From the NCBI RefSeq assembly GCF_009914755.1, contig NC_060931.1: a stretch of 64,000 nucleotides of DNA, one strand, 5' to 3'. This DNA comes from the human T2T-CHM13v2.0 reference genome, Homo sapiens. The stretch's first letter is position 1, and the number at the start of each line of letters is the position of its first letter. Made by a program: the position numbers and the translations under genes. The notes below the pieces were generated by a model. That model had not been told where the DNA came from. It ran no database searches and saw only the letters and a program-made list of their open reading frames with translations. Positions 52,220-64,000 of the stretch are shown in pieces.

Positions 52220-55200
52220 CCCCGATGTTTTCTCATGGTAGTTTCATAGTTTGAGGTCTTAGATTTAAGTCTTTTATCCATTTGATTTGATTTTTATATA
52301 AGGCAAGAGACAAGGGTCAAGTTTTATTATTCTACATATGGATATCCAGTTTTCCCAGCACCATTTATTGAATAGATTGTCTTTTCCCCAATATATGTTC
52401 TTGGCACCTTTGTTGAAAATGAGTTCACTGTAGGTGTGTGGATTTGTTTCTGTGTTCTTTAGTCTATTCCCCTGGTCTATGAGTCTATTTTTATGCCAGT
52501 ACCATGCTGTTTTAGTCACTATAGCTCTGTAGTATAATTTGAAGTCAGCTAATGTAATTCCTCCTGTTTTTGGTTCTTTTTGTTTAGGATAGCTGTGGCT
52601 ATTCTGGATCTTTTGTGGTTCCATATAAATTTCAGAATTGTTTGCTGTATTTCTATGAAGCATGTCACTGGTATTTTTACAGGGATGCATTGAGTCTGTA
52701 GATTGCTTTGGGTAGTATGGACATTTTAACAATATTAATTCTTCCAATCCATGAACATGGAATATCTTGCCATTTTTTGGTGTCCTCTTCAATTTCTTTC
52801 ATCAATGTTTTATAGTTTTCATTGTAGAGCTCTTTCATTTCTTTGGTTAAGTTAATCTTAGGTATTTAATTTTATCTGTGGCTATTGTAAATTGGATTAC
52901 CTTTTAAATTTTCAGATTGTTCACTGTGCACATAGAGAAATGCTACTGATTTTTGTATGTTAATTTTGTATCCTTCAACTTTACTGAATTTATGATTTCT
53001 AATAGTCTTTTTGTGGAGTCTTTAGATTTTTCCAAATATAAGATCATCTCATCTGCAAACAAGCATAATTTGACTTCTTCCTTTTCAATTTGTATGCCCT
53101 TTGTTTCTTTCTCTTGTCTCATTGCTATAGCAAGGACTTCCAGTACTATGTTGAATAACAGTGGTGAAAGTGGGCATCCTTTTCGTGTTCCAGATCTAAA
53201 AGGAAAGGATTTCAGTTTTCCCCCATTCGGTGCAATACTAGCTGTGGTCTGTCATATATGGCTTTCATTATGTGGAGGCATGTTTCATCTATACCTAATT
53301 TTTTGAGGGTTTTTATCGTGAAGGGGTGTTAACTTTTATCAAATGCTTTTTTAGCATCAATTGAAATAAGCATTTGGTTTCTGCCCTTCATTCAGTTGAT
53401 GTGATGTATCACACTGATTGATTTGTGTATCACCTCCTTGCATCCTTGGGATAAATCTCATTTGGTCATTATGAATAATCTTTCTTGTGTATTACTGAAT
53501 TCGGTTTGCTAGTATTTTGTTGAGGATTTTTGCATCAATATTCACCAGGGATATTGAACTGTAGTTTTCTTTTTTGGGATGTATCTTTTTCTAGTTTTTG
53601 TATCAGGGTAATATTGACCTCATAGGATTAAGAACAGTTCTTCTTTAAGTGTTTGGTAGATATTCTGCAGTGAAGCCATCAGGTCCCAGCCTTTTCTTTA
53701 CTGGAACTCTTTATGATGGCTTTTACTTGTTATTGGTCTGTTTGGTTCAATGTTGGCAGGTAGTATGTATCTAGGAATTTATCCATTTTTTCTAGATTTT
53801 CCAATTTATTGCCAGATAGTTGCTCACAGGGGCCACTAATGATCCTTTCAATTTCTCCTTTTCATTTTTGTTTTGTTGTAATGTCTCCTTTTCATTTTTG
53901 TTTTCATTAATTTTGTTTCTTTTCATAAATTTTGTTTATTTGGATCTTCTCTCTCTCTTTTTCTTAGTCTGGCTAAAGTTTTGTCAATTTTATCTTTTCA
54001 AAAAATCAACTTTTTGTTTCATTGATCTTTTGTTTTCTTCTTCATTTCAAATTCATTTATTTTTGCCCTGATCTTCATTATTTCTTTTCTACTAATTTAG
54101 TGTTTGGTTTGCTCTCACTTTTCTGGTTCTTTAAGTTGAAGTATTAGGTTATTTATTTGAAGTTTTTCTTCTCTTTTTTGTTGTAGGCACTTATATCTAT
54201 ATATAAATTTCCCTCTTAGTACTGGTTTTGCTGCATCCCATATGTTTTGCTACATTATGCTTCCATTATCATTTGTTCCAAGAAATTTTTCAATTTCCTT
54301 CTTAATTTCTTCATTGAAGAAAGGGGCATAGTGTTTAACTTCTATGTGTTTGTATAGTTTCCAAAATTCCTTTTGTTATTGATTCTCAGTTGCATTGTGT
54401 TCAGAGAAGACATTTGATACTATTTCAATTTGTTTGAATGTTTCATAACTTGTTTTGTGACCTAACGTATGGTTTGTCCTCGAGAATGTTCCATGCTGAG
54501 GAGAAAAATGTGTATTCTACAGCCACTGGATGAAATGTCCTGTAAATATCTACTGGGTCCAGTGCAGACTAAGTTCAATGTATCTTTGTTGATTTTCTGT
54601 CTGGAAGACCTGTCCAATGCTGAAAGTGGGTGTTGAAGACTCCAGCTATTATTGTATTAGGATGCATTTCTCTTTAGCTCTAATAATATTTGCTTTGTAT
54701 ATCTGGGTGCTGCAGTGTTGGGTACATATATATCTACAATCATTATATCCTCTTGCTGAATTGACCCCTTTATCATTATATAATGGCTTTGTCTCTTCTT
54801 ACAGTTTTTGTCTTGAAATCTATTTTATCTTATATAACTACTCCTACTCTTTTTTTGAATTTTCAGTCTATAGGTATCTTTATAGGTGAAGTATGATTCT
54901 AGTAGGCAAAAGGTCATAGTCTTGGGATTTTTAAAAATCCAATTAGCTACTTTATGACTTTTGATTGAAGAGTTTAGTCCATCTACACTTAATGTTATTA
55001 CTGATAAGTAGGGACTTACTCCTGCCAATTTGTTATTTGTTTTCTGGTTGTTTTGTGGTCTTCTTTTCCTTCTTCCTGTCTTCCTCTTAGTGACAGTGAT
55101 TTTCTCTTGTGGTATGCTTTAATTTCTTTCTTTTTATTTTTTGCGTATCTGTTGTATGTTTTTCAACTTGAGGTTACCATGAGGCTTGCAAACACTGCCT

Positions 55201-57250
55201 TATAACCCATTATTTTAAGTGGCTGACTGCTTAACACTAACAAAAACTGATAAAAAATACTCTACACTTGAACTTCATCCCCTGCTTTTAACTTTTTGTT
55301 GTTTCTCTTTATGTGTTATTGTACTGTCTATGTTTGGAAAAGTTGCTGTAGGTATTATTTTTGACTGATTCATCATTTAGCCTTTCTACTTAAGTGAAGA
55401 GTGGTTTACACATCACATTTACAGGGTTAAACTATTCTGTTTTTCTGCATGCTTACTGTTACCAGTGAGTTTTGTGCCTCAAATTATTTCTTTTTGTTCA
55501 TTATCATCTTTTTCTTTCCGATAGAAGAACTCCTGATAGCATTTCTAGTAAGATAGGTCTGGTTTTGATGAAATCCCCCAGCTCTTGTTTTATTGGGAAA
55601 GTCTTTATGTCTCCCTCATATTTGAATGATATTTTTGCCAGATATACTATTCTAGGATAAAAGTTTTTTTTTTCTTCAGCCCTTTAAATATGTCAAGCAA
55701 CTCTCTCCTGGCCTATAAGATTTCCACTGAAAATTCTGCCACTGGATGTATCAGAGCTACATTGCATGTTGTTTGTTCCTTTTCTCTTGTTGCTTTTAGG
55801 ACCCTTTCTTTATCCTTGACATCTAGGAGTTTGATTGTTAAATGCCTTAAGCTAATTTTCTTTGGGTTAAATCTGGTTGTATTCTATTATCTTCTTGTAT
55901 TTGAATGTTGATATCTTTCTCTAGGTATGGGAAGTTCTCTGATATAATCTCTTCGAATAAACTTTCTACCCCTATCTGTTTCCCTACTCCCTCTGTAAGG
56001 CCAATAATTCTTTATTTTATTTTATTTTATTATTTTTTGAGATGTAGTCTCGCTCTGTCCTCCAGGCTGGAGTGCAGTGGTGCAATCTCTGCTCACTGCA
56101 AGCTCTGCCTCCCGAGTTCACGCCATTCTCCTGCCTCAGCCTCCTGAGTAGCTGGGACTACAGGTGCCCGCCACCACGCCGGCTAATTTTTTTGTATTTT
56201 TAGAGAGACAGGGTTTCATTGTGTTAGCCAGGATGGTCTTGATTTCCTGACCTCGTGATCCGCCTGCCTCAGCCTCCCAAAGTGCTGGGATTACAGGCAT
56301 GAGCCACCGTGCCCGAAGGCCAATAATTCTTAGATTTGCTCTTCTGAGGCTATTTCTAGGTCTCGTAGGTATGCTTTATTATTTTCTACTACTATTTATT
56401 TTGTCTCCTCTGACAGTATATTTTCAAATAGCATGTCTTTAAGCTCACTAATTCTTTCTTTTGGTATGGGGCCTCATGACTCTGCCTGGTGCCCTATCCT
56501 ATTGTGGCTGAGCTGGTATCCAAGATGTAAGACAAAGTCCTCTTTACTGTTTCCTCTTCTCTTCTTAAGCACAAGGAAGAAGTCACTGTCATTGCTGTGA
56601 GCTGCATTGCCTGGGGTTGGGGGTGGCATGGCACAAGCACTCCTTTAGCCACGCTAGCTGGTGTCTCCCTAGGTAATGTGCTACCCTAGTTCATGGCTCT
56701 AAGCTCAGACTGGCACTAGGAGTTGCCTAGGAATTGCAGTCCTTGCAGCCTGACTGCCTTTCAAGTTTACATAGGATTCTAGGGCACTTTGGCCTGTGGT
56801 GGCAAGGCTTGCGGCGAAACTCAAGTTTTGATCGGGGGATGGAAAATTCCCTCTGACTAGGGTTAATCCAGCTGTTCCCTCTGTGCGCAGGCTCTGGCTG
56901 AGCCCAGCACAGCTTTATTCTCTGCCGTGACAGAGCAGCACTGAATTTAATATAATGTCCCACAGCCACTGCACTCTCCCTCACCAAAGTGCACAGATTC
57001 TTTCTCCATGCAGCTGCCAAAGGACAGGGAGGAATAGCATAAGTGATTCAAGATCGTCTCTCCTGGCCTCCTCAAGTCCCCTTTTGGTGATATGAAATTA
57101 AAACTAAGTATTTTGATTGTTCAGGTAATTTTTGGTTCTCGTTATGGTGCTTTTCTATGTGCAGATATTTGTTAAAGTTTGGTGTTTCAAGTGGGGTGGG
57201 GTGGGATTAACAGTGTAGGCTTCTATTCCACCATTTTTCTCCACCCTGCC
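52220..57250 (-). mobile_element. L1 (L1M1/L1MA-PB type) with 5' end present and 3' end missing
   Basis: 5' start ggcagggtggagaaaaatggtggaatag; ORF2 fragments (MAGVSPYLSVITL; [17 protein letters not shown]); stops mid-ORF2 with no 3'UTR or polyA. Confidence 0.85.
56013..56315 (-). mobile_element. AluY
   Basis: TSD aaggccaataattctt (55997-56012, 56316-56331). Confidence 0.95.
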
Positions 57251-57316
57251 TTAAAAGACTAACTGGATTAAAACTGGTTTAGTAACTAGTTCACTTAAAT
57301 TTTTAGGACCACATCT
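57251..57316 (-). pseudogene. 5' piece of the AAA2 P-loop exon
   Basis: cctttttag acceptor; RCGPKNLSELVTKPVLIQLVF; abuts the L1 5' end. Confidence 0.4.
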
Positions 57317-57705
57317 CTAAAAAGGAATACTTTTACTTCTATAGTGGGTTATGGGGTTATGAAACTTGTTTTATCCATTATTTTATCTAATTTTACCCTA
57401 TGAATTAGGTGTTATTACATTTTAGGAATCAGGGGCTTGGAGAGATTAAATACACCTCTGATGTTCATCTCGACCCCCTCCAATTGGATTCTCATGGTTC
57501 TATCACATACAAGATTTTATCAATTTAAACATGTTTTACCCATTCCATTTTGCTTAATTTTTACATAACAGACTCAAATTATAATATTTAATACAGAAAA
57601 ATTATTTCAATGTTTTATGAAATATTAAAATTGTCTTCTGTTTCTATTCATGCAATTATTTTCATTTGTTTTTGAGTACTCTTCGTGTTCAAAATTTGGC
57701 TTTAC

Positions 57706-57808
57706 CTTGTGGCTCATTTATCCACAATATGTTTTCAGTAAAATATACTGCAGAACAATTAAAACTGCTATCAAGTAATTTATTTTCTGATTCATAAATG
57801 ATATAAGC
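57706..57808 (-). pseudogene. Candidate fossil exon (AAA1 lid region)
   Basis: ttttttag acceptor, AAG|gtaaag donor, one open frame; only weak similarity. Confidence 0.35.
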
Positions 57809-57934
57809 CTAAAAAATTACTCCTTCTTTAATGTCTCTGAAATACCAAAACATTACGAATAACTGCAATACAAGCATGCATACATTTTATCTCATTAATT
57901 TGGTATGTTTTTATAGTCTAAAAATCTGAATGAA

Positions 57935-58030
57935 GCTCCCTTCAAGTTGGTGAATAGCATAGTTTTATTTTCTTTAGGAAACAATCCACTCTTCGAACTG
58001 CATGATTATGTCTCTTCCATGAAGACTTTG
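57935..58030 (-). pseudogene. Candidate fossil exon piece, AAA1 HYDYGMRAVK motif
   Basis: SSWKRHNHAVRRVDCFL ~ SSQ.HYDYGMRAVKSVL. Confidence 0.4.
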
Positions 58031-58034
58031 CCGG

Positions 58035-59068
58035 CTCCTCACCACCCTGTATACCCTCTTTCCCAGCCTCCCAGCATCTATTCCTGCTACTATGCATCCC
58101 CAATACATCCTGGATCCATCCTTTTCTTTCCATATCCAATGCTACCATTCTGACCTAAGGTTCATTAAACTCACCTGCATTTATGCACAGGCTTCCTAAC
58201 TGGGTCTCCCCAACTCCCACCCCACTCTCCAGCCATTCTTCACTCAGACCAGAGCTATCATTTTGATAGCTTCAACACCTCCCATTGTGCTCAACACAGA
58301 ATTAATTGCTATTAAATGGCGTCAAGACTCATCCAGCAGCATCTCCTACTACTTTGACCTCTTCTTCCTTTCTCCTCCTCTTCTTTCTGCTCCAGCCAAG
58401 TGGACTTTGAGTTTCTCCCTCGCACCAAGCTCATTCTTGACTCAGCACCTTTGCCCATGCTGTTCCTTCTGTCTAGAAAACTCTTCCTTCAGATTTTATT
58501 TTGGACTGGTCTTTTCCTTATCATTTAGGGCTCAACTCTAATATCACAGTCTCAGAAAGGCCTTTTTGGAACAACCCCATTCCATCACTCTATCAACTCT
58601 GTTTTATTTTCTCATCACCTTTATCACTTTCTGCAATTATCTGGCTTATTGACTTGTTTATTGGTTCATTATTGGTCTCTCCCTCTTAATAAAATGAAGT
58701 CTCCACAAAAGCAGAAACTTGTTTGCCTGGTTCACCATTTTATCTTTCCCTAGCACCTAGGGTAGTTAGGGCCTTATAACTTTCGTGGGCCTGCAGTACT
58801 TCTGTCTTCCTGGGCTCCTTGCTCCATAAGGAAATTTTTAAAATTATATTTCATGACTCAATTGGTATAAAGACAAATATACTAACATCACATATTATAA
58901 TTTTTATGTGACCTGAAGTTTAATTTTTTTCTTCTGATTAAAAAAAAAAAGAAAACATTTTTGTGGGCCCTTCACACTGGACCTCCTGTGTCTAACAGAG
59001 AAGTCATCTTGAAAACACAGCCTGGGGCATGACAGGTGCTTAGTTATTGAGCAGATTGAATAGATAAT
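58035..59068 (+). mobile_element. L2 3' region with a nested DNA transposon
   Basis: ctttgcccatgctgttccttctgtctagaaaactct..., tctccctcttaataaaatgaagtctccac..., ends cacagcctgg..caggtgct..tgaatagataa. Confidence 0.75.
58768..59011. mobile_element. hAT-Tip100-like (ORSL-like) DNA transposon remnant
   Basis: agggcc..gtgggcc...attggtataaagac...ttttcttctgatt...gtgggccc; family name tentative. Confidence 0.45.
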
Positions 59069-59745
59069 GGACACTGGCTCACTTTCTACTCTGCTGGCTA
59101 ATAATCACTTGGAGTCCTATATTTGTAAACCGAGAAGTAAAGTCAGATCACTTTCCTTTTGTTTTCTCAACTCCTTCCCTGAAGTTCAGTGACAGTTATG
59201 GCCTGTGCTATATTACAGTCTTTTATTACACACATCTACTATCTTTTATTGCTTTTGTGCTTGAAGTATTAGTCTTATTTCTGTAACTAGATTATAGATT
59301 TCTGCAGTGCTGAAATTTTATTGTATTCTTCCCTTAAGTGTCCACAGGGCGCATGTTTGTTATTTGTCTGATTGCAGTTTTAAATTATCATATGCATAAA
59401 CATATAGAAAAAGATAAATTTTGGTCAATAAATAGATAATGGTTCAAGAGAGAAATATCAATGGCTTGAAAGGAGGTAGTGGGTATTGTGAAGCAATGCT
59501 TCCCAATCTTTTTCATGTCATGGCATGATGGCAAATAGCCCCTTGCACAGCAGATGGGGCTAAATGAATAAGGCTACTTGAAGCCGGAGGTAACTGTTTG
59601 AGAGCTCTAAATGACTCAGGCCCTACAGCACCATGAAGGAGATGACTATCTCAACATAACTTGATCACATTTGTGGTATAAGTGCTTGGAAGACCTTCTC
59701 TGAGGCTTGCTATAGCTGCTGATGTGGAATTATTGTACAACCTCC

Positions 59746-60147
59746 CAGTGAGGTGCTAGACATGTCTGCTATTGGCTGGTGAGAGCCAGTTGTTAAAGTT
59801 TTAGAAATTTTACCAAAGAGTTGTTAAATATAACCATTATTAAAAATTATATTTAAAATAGAGATAAATTTTCAACAGACCACATTTTACTCTTGTGTAT
59901 TTCTTACATCTTAGTGTTAATTATGCTTTTGTGATTATTTATGTCTATTGTATTTGCATGGTGGAAACACAATATAGTGGTCGTACCACTACTACTCAGC
60001 TCTTCCTGACTCTGTGACAGGAATGTCACATTGGTAGCTTGAAGTTGGCCATGATGGGAGTTTTCACCCAAAGGAATTGGCAAATGCTACAAAGCAGGGC
60101 TTTTTCCCTCCTACAGAGCTGGTTGCTAAATGTCTATAACCTCACTG
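59746..60147. mobile_element. MER63-type hAT DNA transposon
   Basis: Perfect 9-bp terminal inverted repeat cagtgaggt/acctcactg; gagagccagttgttaaa motif. Confidence 0.75.
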
Positions 60148-60358
60148 CTGCCCCTATCCACGCCATTCTCAGCAGCTCCTAGACACCACTTCTTCCTTGC
60201 CTTGCCCTTTCTAATCCCCAGACAAACACGGGAGCAGCAACAGAGTCACCTTTAGCTTTATAGAAAGAGGCTGGAAAGGACTAGGAGTCAGAAGATGGGG
60301 TTCTAGTCTGGATTCTTTCAGACTTTGGGCTAGTCAAATTGCTTCTCTAAAAAATCGG

Positions 60359-61094
60359 TGATACAGTTTGGATATTTGTCCCTACCCAAATCTCATGTTG
60401 AACTGTAATTGCCAATGCTGGAGGTGGGGCCTAGTAGGAGGTGTTTGGATCCTGGGGGCAGATTCCTCATGGCCTGGTGCTGTCTTCGTGATAGTGAGTT
60501 CTCACGAGATCTGGTCATTTAGAAGTGTGACAACACCCACCCCCTACGTCTCTCTCTCTCTCGCTCTGCTTTTACCATGTGATGTGCCTGCTCCCCCTTC
60601 ACCATAATTGTAGGCTTCCTGAGACTCCCTACAAGCTGAGCAGATGTTGGCACCACCCTTCCTATGAAGCCTGCAAAACCATGAGCCAGTGAGTCAATCA
60701 GTCAATCAAATCTCTTTTCTTTATAAATTACCCAGTCTTCTCATTCTCAGGGTGTTTTTTTTTTTTTTTGAGATGGAGTCTCGCTCTGTCACCCCGGCTG
60801 GAGTGCAGTGGTATGATCTTGGCTCACTGCAAGCTCCGCCTCCTGGGTTCACGCCATTCTCCTGCCTCAGCCTCCGGGAAGCTGGGAATACAGGTGCCCA
60901 CCACCACGCCTGGCTAATATGTTGTATTTTTAGTAGAGATGGGGTTTCACCATGTTAGCCAGGATGGTCTCGATCTCCTGACCTCATGATCCACCTGCCT
61001 TGGCCTCCCAAAGTGCTGGGATTACAGGCGTGAGCCACCGTACCTGGCCAGTCTCAGGTATTTCTTTACAGGAATCGAAGAACAGCCTAATACA
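60359..61094 (+). mobile_element. MSTB (MaLR) LTR with nested AluY
   Basis: tgatacagtttggatatttgtcc..caaatctcatgttgaa start, ctaataca end; TSD atcgg/atcag. Confidence 0.85.
60755..61028 (-). mobile_element. AluY-like
   Basis: Alu antisense. Confidence 0.92.
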
Positions 61095-61303
61095 ATCAGT
61101 TTTCTCATTCAAAAAGAGATATAACTGCATAACATTGAAAGTCCCTTTCCAACCTAAATTTCTATCCCATTTTCTTCTAGTATTCTAGGGTGTCATCACT
61201 CACTCTCAGTGTTTGATTTCCAGTACTGTTTACCACCCCTCACAACCCTCTGTTTTCTAGATAGTTTACAGGCCTCCGACAATGTTACAGTGTTGCCTGG
61301 GAC

Positions 61304-62178
61304 TGTAGGGAGACCCCCTGAAACTATTGCTATGGAATAAAAGACGAAATGCTCCTGATTATTGTAAATACAAAATTGCATGCAGGATTGTGTAAAGACA
61401 ATACCAGGTTGGACTGCCAGAATGAGCCAAGAGTGCGTGATGTGCTTTCCCCTGCAGAGAGCCTACGAATGGACGTGCAGTCAGGGAGGTTTCACATCAC
61501 CAAGATTCCTATCCCAGAAAAGCAGATGTTCATAGCTCTGGGAATCGGACGCGACCCTTGTGGAAAGCCTATAAACGGATGCATGGGGGGCGCCTGTCCA
61601 TATGGATAAGATAGGGCTATAAACGCCCTCATCTTGCCACGGCTCTTCTAGGCCTCTTTAGGGTTAAGGCATACTCCCTTCTGAGAATTTCTGGTCTAAC
61701 CAGTTGTCTAGCTTCACGTCCTGTTTCTATGGATTTTTTTGTAACCAGCTTCTGTTGCAATTGTTACTGCTGATTAATATATTGCTAATCATAGGTTATG
61801 GATAGACTGTGTTTCTGTTTTAAGGCTCTGTTAGAAATTACTGATGCACACACTATATTGTAAATTCTTATCCCTGTATACTGTACTTCTGCATACAGAT
61901 GTTATGTTAAAGAATTACTTCATCCCCATGTGACCATCTCACCTCATACTCAAATGACGCTAAATCCCTCACTAACCTATCCCGGCCCTCACTAAACTTA
62001 ATAATAAATGCTGGTACATCCAGTGCATCGTTGGCACCACAGGACCAGCAGGCAGTGACCCCTCTGGACCTGGCTTTCACTATCTTGTGTGTGTCTATTA
62101 TTTCTCAACCTGCCGATCCACCTGGGAACAAAGAGAGAGCCCTGTTGCATTGCGGGCTGCTGGCCAGATCCCGCAATA
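61304..62178 (+). mobile_element. MER11D-like (ERVK) solo LTR
   Basis: tgtagggagaccccctgaaactattgc start, ggccagatcccgcaata end; 6-bp TSD tgggac/tggggc, the length typical of ERVK. Confidence 0.75.
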
Positions 62179-62289
62179 TGGGGCCAGAAAACTGTAGCTT
62201 TGCTGGCAACATTTCATCACAGTAAAAATTTGATGTCAGCGTGCATATTAGTTAAGCACGTAGGCTTTTACATATGAGACATTTGGACT

Positions 62290-62475
62290 GAAATTTTCAC
62301 TCTGTCCCTCCCTATTTATATGACATCAAGCAATTCCCCTCTGTAAGTCTGTTTCCTCATTTGCATAACAGGTAATAAATGGTACTTATCTAATAGGGCT
62401 GTTGTAGAGATTATAATGTATGTATAACATGCAGTATGTATTAGTGCTTGATATATGTGGTAATTATTATACCTA
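62290..62475 (+). mobile_element. MIR
   Basis: ctgtttcctcatttgcataac..aataa.tggtactta.c.aatagggctgttgtagagatta. Confidence 0.75.
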
Positions 62476-62491
62476 TTTTTAAAAAATTGTT

Positions 62492-62820
62492 TAAAGGAAA
62501 ACATAGTGCCACATGTAGCACCTCATTTGGATGTGTCTGGAGTCTTGAAAGCTTGATGAACCTACATTCTTCTACAAATCAGCCTTTAGACCTTTTCTGG
62601 AGGTTGTAGCAGAAGAGCGTACACACTCTTGTACCCTTGATTGATGAACAGTCTTCCTCTCTCAGAAAGATCAGCCTTGTTAGCAGAGTGTACAGCTTTG
62701 GGAGGGATGCACATGGAGTGATGAGGGAGAAAGAGGACACTCAACTATCCAGCCAGATGAGCAGAATCAACCCTGGCGATCAATGAGGTAACATGTCACA
62801 GCCAGATCACCCTCACATTT
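62492..62820 (-). pseudogene. RN7SK: Full-length 7SK snRNA retropseudogene
   Basis: Reverse complement matches 7SK from atgtgagggtgatctggctg..attgatcgccagggttgattc to caagactccagacacatccaaatgagg..catgtggc, with heavy CpG decay. Confidence 0.92.
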
Positions 62821-62864
62821 GTTACTAATTTTGTTGTTGTTGCTTTTAGCGATTACTCTTTAGG

Positions 62865-63088
62865 ACAGCGGTTTTTAATGGGGGCAATTTATCCCCTGTG
62901 GGATATGTGACAGTGTCTGGAGGCATTTTTGGTTTTCAACTGGGGGATGGGATGCTAACTGTTATCTAGTGGGTAGAGGCCAGAGAAGATGCTAAACCTT
63001 CAACAATACACATGATAATCCCCTTCCCCCAACAACAAAGAGTTATTTGGCCCCAAATGCGAATAGAGTGAAGGTTGAGAAACCCTAA
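62865..63088. mobile_element. MER20
   Basis: cagcggttttta..gggggcaattt..atctagtgggtagaggccag..gatgctaaac..ggttgagaaaccct. Confidence 0.85.
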
Positions 63089-63092
63089 TCTA

Positions 63093-63303
63093 GAGTAATG
63101 TTGTCCAAAAGAACATTCTGTGATGGTGCAAGTGTACTACATCTATGCTGTGCAACATGGTAGCCACTAGCCATATGTGGCTATTGAGCACTTGAAATGT
63201 GGCTAATGCAACTAAATAACTGAGTTTTACACTTTATTTAAATTATTTTAAATTTAAATAGTCACAATACAGCAGCTAGTAGCATTGGGCAGCACAGCTC
63301 TAA
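63093..63303. mobile_element. MER3
   Basis: gtccaaaagaacattctgtgatg..gtagccactagccatatgtggctattgagcacttgaaatgtggc. Confidence 0.85.
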
Positions 63304-63431
63304 GGGGTCTTCTCTAGGACAGGATGAGAAATAGCTCTTATGACCAAAGATTCCATTCAGAGTGCCCAACTCCTAAGAATTCAATTAGTTCTTAGAAATA
63401 AGTTTCAAAAAAGTACTAGAAATATAATTAA

Positions 63432-63736
63432 GGCCAGGCGTGGTGGCTCACGCCTGTAATCTCAGCACTTTGGGAGGCCGAGGTGGGCGGATCACGAGGT
63501 CAGGAGTTCGAGACCAGCCTGGCCAATATGGTGAAACCCCATCTCTACTAAAAATACAAAAATTAGCTGGGTGTGGTGGCATGCACCTATACTCCCAGCT
63601 ACTCGAGAGGCTGAGGTGGAAGAATCGCTTAAACCCAGGAGGTGGGGCTGCAGTGAGCCGAGATCGTGCCACTGCACTCTAGCCTGGGTGACAGAGTGAG
63701 ACTCCGTCTCAAAGAAAAAAAGAAAGAAAGAAAGAA
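63432..63736 (+). mobile_element. AluS (Sg-like)
   Basis: Alu sense; TSD agaaatataattaa. Confidence 0.93.
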
Positions 63737-64000
63737 AGAAATATAATTAAACTTAAAAAATGCACAGATAAGGAAAAAATCAGAAATAAAAGCAAAAATA
63801 TTTCACAGTATCTGTCTTTGGTTAGTAGGACTACTAATTTAGATAGATTTTCTCCTATCTAATTACATGTATTTCGATTTTTAAAATGACATGAACATGT
63901 GTCAATTTCACAAGAAAACAAATTAAAATTCTAAAAATATAATTCACTAAAAGAGAAATAGTAAGACCTACATGAGATCACCTGCTAATACAATTTGGTT

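Noticed and set aside
59070-59220. Possible AAA1 exon (DLTLLLGLQI*DSK*LLASRV)
   Set aside because: The position fits, but similarity is too weak and there are no clear splice boundaries, so it is not listed as a feature.

Overview
Primate (human-like) genomic DNA that is mostly retroelement-derived: L1PA3, L1PA7/8, L1PA8A, L1PA10-like, L1MA, L1MD and L1ME LINEs, about 20 Alus, solo LTRs (LTR12, LTR1, MER11D, THE1, MST, MLT), MIR/L2, hAT MERs and a 7SK pseudogene. I found no intact protein-coding gene; the long ORFs in the track are L1 fragments, Alu read-through or a TA minisatellite. The main result is in the unique DNA between the repeats. On the minus strand there is a series of splice-site-bounded segments, full of stops and frameshifts, whose translations resemble a dynein heavy chain motor domain in the correct order from high to low coordinates: AAA1 end (~59-57.7k), AAA2 (57.3-50.6k and 42.3k), AAA3 with a reconstructable GSKNCG[K]T Walker A (42-39k), AAA4 (37.4-36.4k), stalk (36-17.6k), AAA5 (17.5-12k) and AAA6 approach (~4k). 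Several exons are split by old insertions (L1ME, MLT1, L1MA), and removing these at their target-site duplications rejoins the motifs. I interpret this as an anciently inactivated, divergent dynein-heavy-chain-like unitary pseudogene. The protein comparisons and repeat subfamily calls were made by eye from remembered consensus sequences and need HMM/tBLASTn and RepeatMasker confirmation.
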